DNA of 64,000 bases from Macrostomum lignano (lineage: Eukaryota), in the NCBI GenBank assembly GCA_002269645.1, contig NIVC01001232.1, positions 86,238-150,237 on the forward strand, given 5' to 3'. Both the position numbers and the translations under genes were made by a program. The notes below the pieces were generated by a model that ran no database searches, had not been told where the DNA came from, and was given only the letters and a program-made list of their open reading frames with translations. Below are positions 1 through 11,351 of this stretch, piece by piece (the stretch's first letter is position 1; each line of letters opens with the position of its first letter).

Positions 1-270
1 CTGGAGTGCTTAATGTTACTAGTCTATCGATTCTAATGTATATAAAATTCTGAGCTACACTGAGCTAAAAATAATTCAGATGTGTTACTGAATTGGAGCT
101 CTGCATTGCATTGTCTGCACCCAGACTGCACTCCCGCTGCGGGACCGGCAGCTTATTAAATTTTACTGCCGTACTCAGCTCGCTGACTAGCAACTGCTGG
201 CACCAAGAGTAATCGAAAATGTTTAAAATAGTCCCAACAAGTTTACTGCAGACCCCTAGTTAGGCTATAC

Positions 271-1256
271 TCCAGATCCTCAGTTACTGGCCAGCCTCCC
301 AGATCCAGTTTCTGGGCCAGCCTCCCAGATCCTCAGTTGCTGGGTAGGCCTCCCAGATCCTCAGTTGCTGTGTCAGCCTACCAGATCCTCAGTTGCTGGT
401 AGGCCTCCAAGATCCTCAGTTGCTGGGTAAGCCTCCCCAGATCCTCAGTTGCTGGGCCAGCCTCCCAGAGTGTCAGTTGCTGGGCCAGCCTCCCAGATCC
501 TCAGTTGCTGTGCCATCGCTTCCAGATCCTCAGTTGCTGTGCCAGCCTCCCAGATCCTCAGTTGCTGTGGCCAGCCTTCCAGATCCTCAGCTGCTAGGCT
601 AGCCTCCCAGATCCTCAGTTGCTGGGCCAGCCTCCCAGATCCTCAGTTGCTGGCCAGCCTCCCAGATCCAGTTTCTGGCCAGCTCCCAGATCCTCAGTTG
701 CTGTGCCAGCCTCCCAGATCCTCAGTTGCTGTGCCAGCCTTCCAGATCCTCAGTTGCTAGCCAGCCTCCCAGATCCTCAGTTGCTGGGCCAGCCTCCCAG
801 ATCCTCAGTTGCTGGCCAGCCTCCCAGATCCTCAGTTGCTGTGCCAGCCTCCCAGATCCTCAGTTGCTGTGCCAGCCTTCCAGATCCTCAGTTGCTAGGC
901 CAGCCTCCCAGATCCTCAGTTGCTGGGCCAGCCTCATAGAGTGTCAGTTGCTGGGCCAGCCTCCCAGATCCTCAGTTGCTGGCCAACCTCCCAGATCCTC
1001 AGTTGCTGGGCCAGCCTCATAGAGTGTCAGTTGCTAGGCCAGCCTCCCAGATCCTCAGTTGCTGGGTAAGCCTCCAGATCCTCAGTTGCTAGGCCAGCCT
1101 CCCAGATCCTCAGTTGCTAGGCCAGCCTCCCAGATCCTCAGTTGCTAGGCCAGCCTCCCAGATGTCAGTTGCTGGCCAGCCTCCCAGATCCTCAGTTGCT
1201 AGGCCAGCCTCCCAGAGTGTCAGTTGCTAGGCCAGCCTCCCAGATCCTCAGTTGCT
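271..1256. repeat. 27-28 bp minisatellite (CCAGCCTCCCAGATCCTCAGTTGCTGGG), probably intronic
   Basis: Dozens of near-identical tandem units; followed by a pyrimidine tract and CAG acceptor at 1293-1295. Confidence 0.95.
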
Positions 1257-1295
1257 CTCGCTAGAAAATAATGCTTTCTCTCCCTCTCCTCGCAG

Positions 1296-1513
1296 CCTCC
1301 AATGATGCCGAGCCTGGAAACCGTGACAAACGCGCCGTCCCCGAGGTGCCGCAGCCTCGGCAGCAGAAGCCGCGCCGCCGGCAGCTGCAGATCGACGAAG
1401 GCGTCCTGCCAGGCGAGGACGGTCGCAGCGTTCACATTGTCGACGTGATCGAGTTTGAATCGTCTGTTGAGACAGAAGAGAAAACTATTTTCTTAAGTTG
1501 TCGCTTTAACTAA
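1296..1513 (+). CDS. Probable terminal coding exon of an unidentified gene (..SNDAEPGNRDKRAVPEVPQPRQQKPRRRQLQIDEGVLPGEDGRSVHIVDVIEFE..)
   Basis: ctttctctccctctcctcgcag acceptor, GC-rich open frame to TAA at 1511-1513, AT-rich UTR-like sequence after; no family recognised. Confidence 0.45.
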
Positions 1514-2756
1514 TAATGACTGAAAGTAAACACTATGCTGTAATCATGTGTATTCTAATAATAATTATTAATATTCGTTCGTTTGCGTCATCATTCGCTA
1601 ATTTTTAGTTTATTAATGCTGCAAATAAAAAATATCTGTTGTATTTTTTTGTTGTCTGCATGCATTATCATTTATTCAGGCTTATAAATCCTAATAGTTC
1701 TGGACAGAGCGTTGCCCTGTTCTGCAAACACTTAGCCCACGGATTTCGTTAATACAATGTTTTCTTTAATAGAAAGACTCGCAACGAACCCAAAAAGGGA
1801 ACGTTTTTCTTCTTCAAGCCAAGTTTAGTTGCTATTTTTAGAAACAAAAATGCTTCAACGCCGGCGGCCGTGTCAGGCCCGCCCCCCCCCGCCGTCCCCC
1901 TCTCCCTCTCCCTCTCCCGACCGCCGCCTATTCAATAGGCCATGCACGTACTGGGTGGCTGCTGCACTGCCCAATGCTCAGCTCAACCTTATCGCCCTGC
2001 CTGCCTGCCTGCCTGCCTGCCCCTCTCTTGCCTCCACAAGCCAGGAGTAAGCCGTCGAACGCCGGGTAGGAGGGAGGAGGGATCCTATTTTATTTAGCCT
2101 CAGACCGGTGCGCACCGCAGAATAGTCAGTCTCTCCCTCTCTCTATATAATTTACTTCTCTTGTTCTGGTCTGTCTGATAGGCCAAACTGTGTTCTATAA
2201 AGTTTCTGCATCCCAAGGCAATTCTATCTCCCCCCTCTCTAGTAGCAGATTCTTGCGCTGGAAAATTATTCAATCGGATCTGTCTGATGCTGGTCAATAG
2301 GCATTCTCAGCTGCGCAGCTCTACTAGCTAATAATATTAATATTATAATTATAATTACATTAATAATATTAGCGGCATCGACATTGTACAACACCTGACG
2401 GATCAGGATCAGGTGAGTTTTCTGATTCTAAATGGCTGTCTATCTAGCTTAACAGATCTTCACAATTATATAGATTAATGTATTATTACGCTACGCAATC
2501 TACTCATGTAATAAATAGTTTGTCGTTCATAAACCTGTTTAACCTACTTTTGCCGTTTTGTGTGTGTTTCTGTTTTTGTTGCTTTTTCACTTATTTATCC
2601 AGCTTTAAAAATCGCTACGGCACTCTAATTAAAGTTAATTCAATATACGCGCCTATGAGTGCAATATTCTTATATGTTATCGTTTGTTTCTAAATTTTCA
2701 TTATCATATCTTGCTGTGTCGGCTTACTTACGCATCTAATTTATTTACTACCTGCA

Positions 2757-3366
2757 GTAACTCTCAGTGCCTCACAGTCACTCTCAGTGCCTCACAGTCT
2801 CTCAGTGCCTCACTCAGTCACTCTCTTAGTGCCTCACTCAGTCTATCAGTGCCTCACTCAGTCACTCTCTTAGTGCCTCACTCAGTCTATCAGTGCCTCA
2901 CTCAGTCACTCTCTTAGTGCCTCACTCAGTCTATCAGCGCCTCACTCAGTCACTCTCAGTGCCTCACTCAGTCTATCAGCGCCTCACTCAGTCACTCTCA
3001 GTGCCTCACAGTCTCTCAGTGCCTCACTCAGTAACTCTCTCAGTGCCTCAGTCTCTATCAGTGCCTCACTCAGACACTCTCCCAGCGCCCCACTCAGTCA
3101 CTCTCCATTGCCTCACTAAGTCACTCTCCCATTGCCTCACAAGTCACTCTCCCATTGCCTCAGTCACTCATGGTGCCTCACTCAGTCACTCTCCGATTGC
3201 CTCACTTAGTCTCTCTCAGTGCCTCACTCAGTCACTCTCCGATTGCCTCACTTAGTCTCTCTCAGTGCCTCACTCAGTCACTCTCCGATTGCCTCACTTA
3301 GTCACTCATAGTGCCTCACTCAGTCACTCTCCGATTGCCTCACTTAGTCTCTCTCAGTGCCTCACT
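2757..3366. repeat. Degenerate ~20-24 bp minisatellite (CTCAGTGCCTCACTCAGTCACT)
   Basis: Visible tandem units with drifting variants. Confidence 0.9.
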
Positions 3367-3618
3367 CTGCACAGCGCCATGAATCAGTTGCTGCTGAATA
3401 GCTGAACAGGTTCTGTAGTGAAACAGTACATTAAGCTCATTTTAATGGTTTTGATTGAAATCCAAATCGAAACCAAGAAACGCAATTTCCGGAAGTGAGT
3501 GGCGAGTGCGTCGTAAAATGTTTACGAGCTTATACTCGTAAAAGTTGCAATTTAAACTAAAATTTGCAACACAATTTTAAGAAGAGTTTGAAGGCCGATT
3601 TCCTAACGATGTGCCCAG

Positions 3619-3933
3619 ATGTACTGTCACATGCAGAAAAATATGCTTATGCATGGCTAATGGCTTACACCGCGCCAAACCCGTCCAGTTGCTCAGGTAT
3701 GATCAGAACTTGCGCGAATTTCTGAGCAGCAGCGAGGAGGCCTGGTCGAGTTTGGCTAAGCGGCGCAGCCGGGGCGCCCGGCCGAACTCGCGAATCGGCC
3801 GCCTTCTTGTCGACTCTGAAGCGGCCGAGCGGACTCGGGGCACCGCCCTGCGGCTGCTGCGACAGTTCTGCCTGGTCTACGAGTGGCAGCTGGGCGCCCT
3901 GCGCGCGCCCGAGGACGTCAGGCGGGTCGCTAG
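3619..3933 (+). CDS. Exon of unidentified gene A (..LLRYDQNLREFLSSSEEAW..RLLRQFCLVYEWQLGALRAPEDVRRVAR)
   Basis: GC-rich open frame; donor AG|GTGAGG at 3934 is phase 2 and matches the 5025 exon; 5' boundary uncertain. Confidence 0.55.
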
Positions 3934-4090
3934 GTGAGGGACAAGGGCATGCACTACATTTACCTCAAGTGCTGTGGACTAGGTTTTTTAGTTGAGCGCC
4001 ATGAACTTCAGCCAAGGATAGCAAACACAGTGAAGTACTTGAGTAAAGACTTTGTTTGCCAGAGTTGCTCAGCAGTAGCGCGCCGATAAA

Positions 4091-5010
4091 GGCACAAACC
4101 TACAAAACCCGAGAAGACGCAAACCTACAGAAATCGCTGACACAGCACATCCTACAAAACCCGACAAGACACGAGACTACAAAAGCTGAAAAGATAAACT
4201 TGAAAATAGAAGCTTACAAAACCGAAAATACATAAACGACAAAACCTGAAGACACAAACTTACAATACCCACAGACACAAACCTTCCAAGCCCGACAAGA
4301 CACAAACCTACAAAACCCAAAGACACAAACCTACAAAACCCAAAAACACAAACCTACAAAACCCAAAGACACAAACCTACAAAAGCCAAAGACACAAACC
4401 TACAAAACCCAAAAACGCAAACCTACAAAACCCAAAGACAAACCTACAAAAGCCAAAGACACAAACCTACAAAACCCAAAAAGACACAAACCTACAAAAC
4501 CCAAAAAGACACAAACCTACAAAACCCATAAAGACACAAACCTACAAAACCCAAAAGACACAAACCTACAAAAGCCAAAGACAAACCTACAAAAGCCAAA
4601 GACACAAACCTACAAAACCCAAAAAGACACAAACCTACAAAACCCAAAAAGACACAAACCTACAAAACCCAAAGACACAAACCTACAAAACCCAAAAGAC
4701 ACAAACCTACAAAACCCAAAAACACAAACCTACAAAACCCACAAAGAGACAAACCTACAAAACCCAAAGACACAAACCTACAAAACCCACAAAGAGACAA
4801 ACCTACAAAACCCAAAGACACAAACCTACAAAACCAAAAAGACACAAACCTACAAAACCCAAAAAGACACAAACCTACAAAACCCAAAAAGACACAAACC
4901 TACAAAAGCCAAAGACACAAACCTACAAAACCCAAAAAGACACAAACCTACAAAACCCAAAAAGAGACAAATCTAAAAGTTCAAATGGGAAACAGCCTAC
5001 AAAACCCAAC
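4091..5010 (+). repeat. ~23 bp minisatellite (ACACAAACCTACAAAACCCAAAG), intronic
   Basis: Tandem units; the reverse-complement array lies at 5458-5816. Confidence 0.95.
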
Positions 5011-5024
5011 AAGAGGTCTTTTAG

Positions 5025-5341
5025 ACCGCAATATATTGAGTCGAACTCCGCCCGCAGGTACATCTGCCGGCTGCTTCTTTACGCATTCCTGCACTGCCGA
5101 GGCGACATCGCCGAGGTGGACCTGCAGTCGCTGGTGTTCACGCCAGACTATCACGGATCCGGAGTGCTCAGCTGCTGCCCTGCAGGCGCAAAGTTCGAGC
5201 CCGGGTTGCCGGGCGCACAGTTGACTGGGACATGCGCGAGATGTTCAGGGCCCCGGCGCTGCTCTACTTGCACCGGGACGAGGCCAGCGGCAAGTCGCAG
5301 GTTAAACGGATTCGTCGGAAACGCTCGAGAACGACTGGCAG
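5025..5341 (+). CDS. Exon of unidentified gene A with an apparent internal frameshift
   Basis: Acceptor TTAG|A at 5024 continues the 3933 frame (RPQYIESNSARRYICRLLLYAFLH..). Donor GCAG|GTGCGT at 5342 fits the 6043 exon only in another frame (..VDWDMREMFRAPALLYLHRDE..). Confidence 0.5.
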
Positions 5342-5457
5342 GTGCGTCTGCGAAATATTCTTAATGTGTAAACGGCAGCTGTTCATGTCCGTGTATCTTT
5401 ATGTTTGTCTATTTTGATTTTCTGCTTGTTTGTGTCTTTGTGTCTTGTCTCTTCACG

Positions 5458-5816
5458 GGTTCTGTAGGTTTGTGTCTGGGTTTTGTAGGTTTGTGTTTTT
5501 GGGTTTTGTAGGTTTGTGTCTGGGTTTTGTAGGTTTGTGTCTGGGTTTTGTAGGTTTGTGTCTTTGGGTTTTGTAGGTTTGTGTCTTTGGGTTTTGTAGG
5601 TTTGTGTCTTGTCGGGTTTTGTAGGTTTGTGTCTGGGTTTTGTAGGTTTGTGTCTTTGGGTTTTGTAGGTTTGTGTCTTTGGGTTTTGTAGGTTTGTGTC
5701 TTTGGGTTTTGTAGGTTTGTGTCTTGTCGGGTTTTGTAGGTTTGTGTCTGGGTTTTGTAGGTTTGTGTCTTTGGGTTTTGTAGGTTTGTGTCTTTGGGTT
5801 TTTTAGGTTTGTGTCG
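5458..5816 (-). repeat. Inverted copy of the ~23 bp minisatellite (TGTGTCTTTGGGTTTTGTAGGTT)
   Basis: Unit is the reverse complement of the 4091-5010 unit. Confidence 0.95.
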
Positions 5817-6042
5817 GGTCGGGTTCGATAGACTTTTGTCTCGATTTTAAATTTGTTTGATTTTTCGCAGGTTTGTAAGCTTCCTAGATTTTAATGTTTC
5901 TGACATGGTGATAAGTAGTTATTGTTGCAGAAATTTCAAACATCTGGTAAAACAAGCTACTCCATTGAATGCCAGCAGAAAGACCGGCTTGTGAAAAAGT
6001 GCAACTCGCTGAACACTCGCTGCACTCGCTCTCTCTTGGCAG

Positions 6043-6397
6043 ATGCCGGCCCAGCCGGTACGGCTACCGGCACCCCATCATGGTCCCAGCTGCCGCCACC
6101 GCATCCGCCATCAGCTCGGTCTCGGCAACTATTGCCGCCTCCAGAGCCGCGGACGTTGAAATGGCGCCACTCTCGTCCGCCGGCGCCCGTCGGCTGCACG
6201 TGCCGTGCGAGCTGGACGCCGTTGCCATCAAGCGCAACCGCGAGTGCCAGTTCCCCGTGGAGCGGTCCTCCCGCCGCTTCCTGCTGCAGGTCCGCGTCAC
6301 CGGCTCCTTCGCTGTGCGCGACGGCGACACGGCCACCGGGCCGGACGAGTTCAGCGTTGAAGCTCCGCCAGGGGAGAATTTCCCAGCTACGTGCTGA
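6043..6397 (+). CDS. Terminal exon of unidentified gene A (..RLHVPCELDAVAIKRNRECQFPVERSSRRFLLQVRVTGSF..)
   Basis: ctctctcttggcag acceptor, phase 2, GC-rich open frame to TGA. Confidence 0.55.
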
Positions 6398-6493
6398 CCT
6401 GCATGACCGACTTCGCCAATCTGGACATGAACAGGTGAAGTTCTGTTATATTGGCCTTGCGCCATGACCCTTGGTTTTGTCGTGCGATTCACA

Positions 6494-6720
6494 GGCATGA
6501 GGGCCAGCCCCAGGGCACAGAGAGTGTACATGCCTGACGATTAGAAAGTCAGGGCCGCTGTACACCCTGTGTGAGCGGTGTGTGAGTGCGTGCCTGCGTA
6601 CAGTATTAGCGCGCCTGCATGTGCTCAGGAGTCAGCGGAACGGGCAGATGCTGGCTGCGGGACGATGTCCCCTAAGGAGTTGCGTCACACTGTGCACAGC
6701 CCTCCTGCGAATATTGATTT
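6494..6720 (+). repeat. Interspersed repeat, copy 1 (second copy inverted at ~31495-31701)
   Basis: Shared ggcacagagagtgtacatgcctgacgattagaaagtcag.gccgctgtacaccctgtgtgagc block. Confidence 0.8.
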
Positions 6721-7179
6721 ATTCTAATAATATGCGAGAGACAAGTGCAGCGAATACTGTTTTCAAGGGCAAAGTCCATGAGAAATCAACATGATACAAA
6801 TTACAAGCATTTTGACTGCGTGAAGATTTTATTATGGCCGTCATTTCCCCGTCAACCGAGCGCCATCATTTGCTACGACTAGTCAAACATGTAGTCCATG
6901 GCCAAATCCAGCAGGTGTGACACAATGGACTCACGCCCTAGGCAAGTGGGGGATTAGTATGTCTATAGCCTGAACTTCAATGAAATGAAACTTAAATGGC
7001 TCTAACTGGTCCCGAAATGGCTTTTGACCATAGACAAAAATGACTGGCGGAGAAGCAGAGCCCATAGATGAAGTATTGTAACATGTCTAACATGTTTTTC
7101 TTAGAGCAATCAACAGATGGAAAGTTGAATTTTTACCATAAATGCAGGATCTCTTCATGGGAAACTGACAGTATATTCG

Positions 7180-7300
7180 ACTTTCTTAGAAATGAGCTGG
7201 GGGAACGAAAAAGTTGTCGCATCGCTAGTGAGTTTAGTAATTCTCTAGAGGAATTTGATTTTTTCTCCACCTAATTTGTCTATGGCAAAACCCCATTCGT
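7180..7300. mobile_element. Fragment of small TIR-element family also at 22735-22900
   Basis: Shares cttagaaatgagctg and aatttgtc.atg.caaaaccccattc with the 22.7 kb copy. Confidence 0.45.
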
Positions 7301-7623
7301 TCTCTATACTAGGAGAGCACACTTGACAACACACAACAGACCTTGTTCAACTCGCACCCATTGACTCAGAAATTAGCAGCTTAGCAATGGATAAATAATC
7401 AGCGGTCCCAGTGCGTGACAACGATTGTTGTCACGTGCTGCGACCGCTGATTCTTTGCATTGTTTTTCTGTTTGACGATCCTACAGACAATGCATTGTTT
7501 GTAGTAATGGATTGTTCTGCATTAAAAATGTGAATAATGATCGTCAAATTGCTAAACGATGCTTCGCCAGCCATTTGCCAAGCATTATTATTAAAAATGC
7601 ACTTGAAACGGGACACTTCGCAG

Positions 7624-7960
7624 GTACCTCGGCCAGCCGTCTGTCAACGTCGAGGATATCAACATCGATAGTCACACCGTGGCGTCAGCGCCGGTCAACG
7701 CCGAAGCTGAATCATCGACCCGTCCGACATCAAAAGTCGACGATGTGACAGTGAACAGCCCTCCGTCTGAGATCCCCGTTGCCGAGCGGGAGTTTTTAGA
7801 GCTGCCCATGGCTGGTCCTGACGGTGACGACTCGCAATCGATAGAAGGCCCATCGCCTAGCACTGGCGGCGAAGTCAGTGGCATCGTCGAAGCAGTTCAA
7901 GGCTCCAGCCGCAGCGGCGGCATCGACAATGAGGCCTTCGACAATTCAAAGTTCTTTTGA
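7624..7960 (+). CDS. Orphan terminal exon; acidic Ser/Pro-rich tail ending GIDNEAFDNSKFF, resembling a membrane-protein cytoplasmic tail
   Basis: TTCGCAG acceptor, phase 2, open frame YLGQPSVNVEDINID..KFF*; GxxNxAF is a common tail motif. Confidence 0.55.
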
Positions 7961-9274
7961 TAGCGCTGAACCGCCTCCGCCCGCCGTCCAGACCCCCTTT
8001 CCCGAGTTTCATTGTGATAGTTGAGGATATGACAATTATTTTTGCTTGCCCCAGCTCTCGCATCGCCCATTCCACCCGATCAGCGCTGTTCAGTCTCGGC
8101 CCTGCAAGCACTGGACAGCGTAGACATTGGCTCATTTTGGCTGGCCATTGGTCCGTAATCGCGCGTTCAATCTTTATTTTCTTATTTCTTTATTATTTCT
8201 ATCTTTATTACTATTATTATTATTGTGACCATCAATGATTTGTTAGTTGGCCCGTCGGCCAGTGTCTGGTCACACGCGCGCTAACGGCAGTTTTGAGAGC
8301 TCAAACGGCCTGAATATGCATCCAATGCGCAAACATAAATATATATAGAATGCAGTTTGCGCCATTCTCGCCAATCAATAATACGAGCATATATCATTTG
8401 TTACAATATACACGTAGTTTTAAGGCGATACGTTCTGCCATTCTTGTTTGCTATAAAACTTTCCGCATGGCATCTTTATAGTTTTAATTAAGGTGGTATA
8501 AATTATGTTATTCATTCTGACTGATCTGGTTGCTGACCGTGATTGATCAGTTCTTTGTTAAAAACCTTTCATAAAATGTGCTTCGTACTTTTAGTCTTAA
8601 TGATTTTCTGTGGCCACAATTTACATCCCATCGCAGTCTGGCCGTACGACTTTTATTCTTTGTTATCCTAGTTGGTAAATCACTACATGGAATGGAATAA
8701 TATTTATCAAATACCATATTTTTAATTAGACACAGATCGACTATTGGATTGCAAACTGACTTGTTGCTTTCGGATTGTCAGTAAAATTTCTTTTTCTTGT
8801 GTTGATTCTAGCAAATTTGATTTTGCCCCTGCTTTCATTATTTTGCTATTCTAATTGCTAATTTATTGATTATAAATGCTATCGAGCTAAGAAAAATTTA
8901 ATTGAGCGGTGTAACTTTCAATAAAAATTGCTTAAATAAATTTCGTCTAGACTATATATGGTACAATACCGGTATGACTAAATACGTTGCCTAAATTTAC
9001 TTTATCTGCGATAGATTATTTAGCATTTGCAACTGTACATGTGAATGTACATTTACCTCGGTTGACATACCAGTAGGTTATTTAAGTAGATTTAAAATTA
9101 AAGAATGTAACCCTAACATGTATAATTTGGGGCAATAATTTTCGACATGCCAATGCTTTGTCCGGCCCCACCCCACCTTGTAACCAGTTGTGGAAATCAA
9201 TAATTTTGTTTCTGGGCGCCAAAATATAGCACCTCCGGCAACAAAGTGAATTCTGCCTGTACATGTAGTCGCCA

Positions 9275-10885
9275 AGATGAGTGCCTGCGGCTCTAAAATG
9301 AGTGCCTGCGGCTCTAAAATGAGTGCCTGTGGCGCTAAAATGAGTGCCTGCGGCTCTAAAATGAGTGCCTGTGGCGCTAAAATGAGTGCCTGTGGCGCTA
9401 AAATAAGTGCCTGCGGCGCTAAAATAAGTGCCTGCGGCGCTAAAATGAGTGCTTGCGGCGCTAAAATGAGTGCTTGCGGCGCTAAAATGAGTGCCTGTGG
9501 CGCCAAAATGAGTGCCTGTGGCGCTAAAATGAGTGTCTGCGGCGCTAAAATGAGTGCCTGCGGCTCTAAAATGAGTGCCTGCGGCTCTAAAACGAGTGCC
9601 TGCGGCTGTAAAATGAATGCCTGCGGCTCTTAAATGAGTGCCTGCGGCTCTAAAATGAGTGCCTGCGGCTCTAAAATGAGTGTCTGCGGCGCTAAAATGA
9701 GTGCCTGTGGCGCTAAAATGAGTGCCTGCGACTCTAAAATGAGTGCCTGCGGCGCTAAAATGAGTGCCTGTGGCGCCAAAATGAGTGCCTGTGGCGCTAA
9801 AATGAGTGTCTGCGGCGCTAAAATGAGTGCCTGCGGCGCTAAAATGAGTGCCTGCGGCGCTAAAATGAGTGTCTGCGGCGCTAAAATGAGTGCTTGCGGC
9901 GCTAAAATGAGTACCTGTGGCGCTAAAATGAGTGCCTGCGGCGCTAAAATGAGTGCCTGCGGCGCTAAAATGAGTGCTTGCGGCGCTAAAATGAGTGCCT
10001 GTGGCTCTAAAATGAGTGCCTGTGGCGCTAAAATGAGTGCCTGCGGCGCTAAAATGAGTGCCTGCGGCGCTAAAATGAGTGCCTGCGGCTGTAAAATGAA
10101 TGCCTGCGGCTCTAAAATGAGTGCCTGCGGCTCTAAAATGAGTGCCTGCGGCTCTAAAATGAGTGCCTGCGGCTCTAAAATGAGTGCCTGTGGCGCTAAA
10201 ATGAGTGCCTGCGACTCTAAAATGAGTGCCTGCGGCGCTAAAATGAGTGCCTGTGGCGCTAAAATGAGTGCCTGTGGCGCTAAAATGAGTGCATGTGGCG
10301 CTAAAATGAGTGCATGTGGCGCTAAAATGAGTGCCTGCGGCGCTAAAATGAGTGTCTGCGGCGCTAAAATGAGTGCCTGCGGCGCCAAAATGAGTGCCTG
10401 CGGCGCCAAAATGAGTGCCTGTGGCGCTAAAATGAGTGTCTGCGGCGCTAAAATGAGTGCCTGCGGCGCTAAAATGAGTGCCTGTGGCGCTAAAATGAGT
10501 GCCTGTGGCGCTAAAATGAGTGCCTGTGGCGCTAAAATGAGTGCATGTGGCGCTAAAATGAGTGCCTGCGGCGCTAAAATGAGTGTCTGCGGCGCTAAAA
10601 TGAGTGCCTGCGGCGCCAAAATGAGTGCCTGCGGCGCCAAAATGAGTGCCTGTGGCGCTAAAATGAGTGTCTGCGGCGCTAAAATGAGTGCCTGCGGCGC
10701 TAAAATGAGTGTTTACGGCGCTAAAATGAGTGCCTGTGGCGCTAAAATGAGTTTCTGTGGCGCCAAAATGAGTGTCTGCGGCGCTAAAATGAGTTTCTGT
10801 GGCGCCAAAATGAGTTTCTGTGGCGCCAAAATGAGTTTCTGTGGCGCAAAAATGAGTGCCTGCGGCGCCAAAATGAGTGCCTGCC
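9275..10885. repeat. 21 bp minisatellite (AAAATGAGTGCCTGCGGCGCT), ~76 units
   Basis: Regular 21 bp period; source of the long repetitive ORFs on both strands. Confidence 0.97.
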
Positions 10886-11351
10886 CGTACATGTAAAATT
10901 CTTTGCTTTGTCCCCCGCCGTATAAAAATCCATGGCGATGTACCTGCCGCACAGTGACGCACGCTATCTCTGAGCTGTTCGTAATTTAGTTATAGGGCAC
11001 AATATTAGTTATAGGGCTTGTAGATTTGTTATAAATGTAGCTAATTATACATTATTTGAACCTTAACTTCTCTCGTACATCCGCAGCACAGCACTGTATG
11101 AATACTCTCGCAACATGACTTTAGACATGCAGATTAACTAAATGTCTAATGATTTTTCAAAAGTAATTTGGCCGCATCTGCCTCGGCATCAATCAATGTT
11201 ATTGGCAAGGGAGGGAATATACGCATGTATACTAGATGACAATCCGGGCAGTTCAAGGCGGCGTAAACACTGGCGTCGCTGTAGTTGCTGGTGGAGTCGA
11301 ACTGATGCTGTCGGGGGCGAGAATGCTTTGCCGAAGTTCGGGATTTGAACA

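Noticed and set aside
393-1022. Overlapping ORFs in the 28-mer array
   Set aside because: Translations merely reflect the tandem unit; frames shift with unit length
9082-10962. 626, 420 and 336 aa heptad-repeat ORFs (antifreeze- or adhesive-like)
   Set aside because: Open in several frames on both strands because the unit is 21 bp and stop-poor; no credible unique N- or C-terminal domain or splice context
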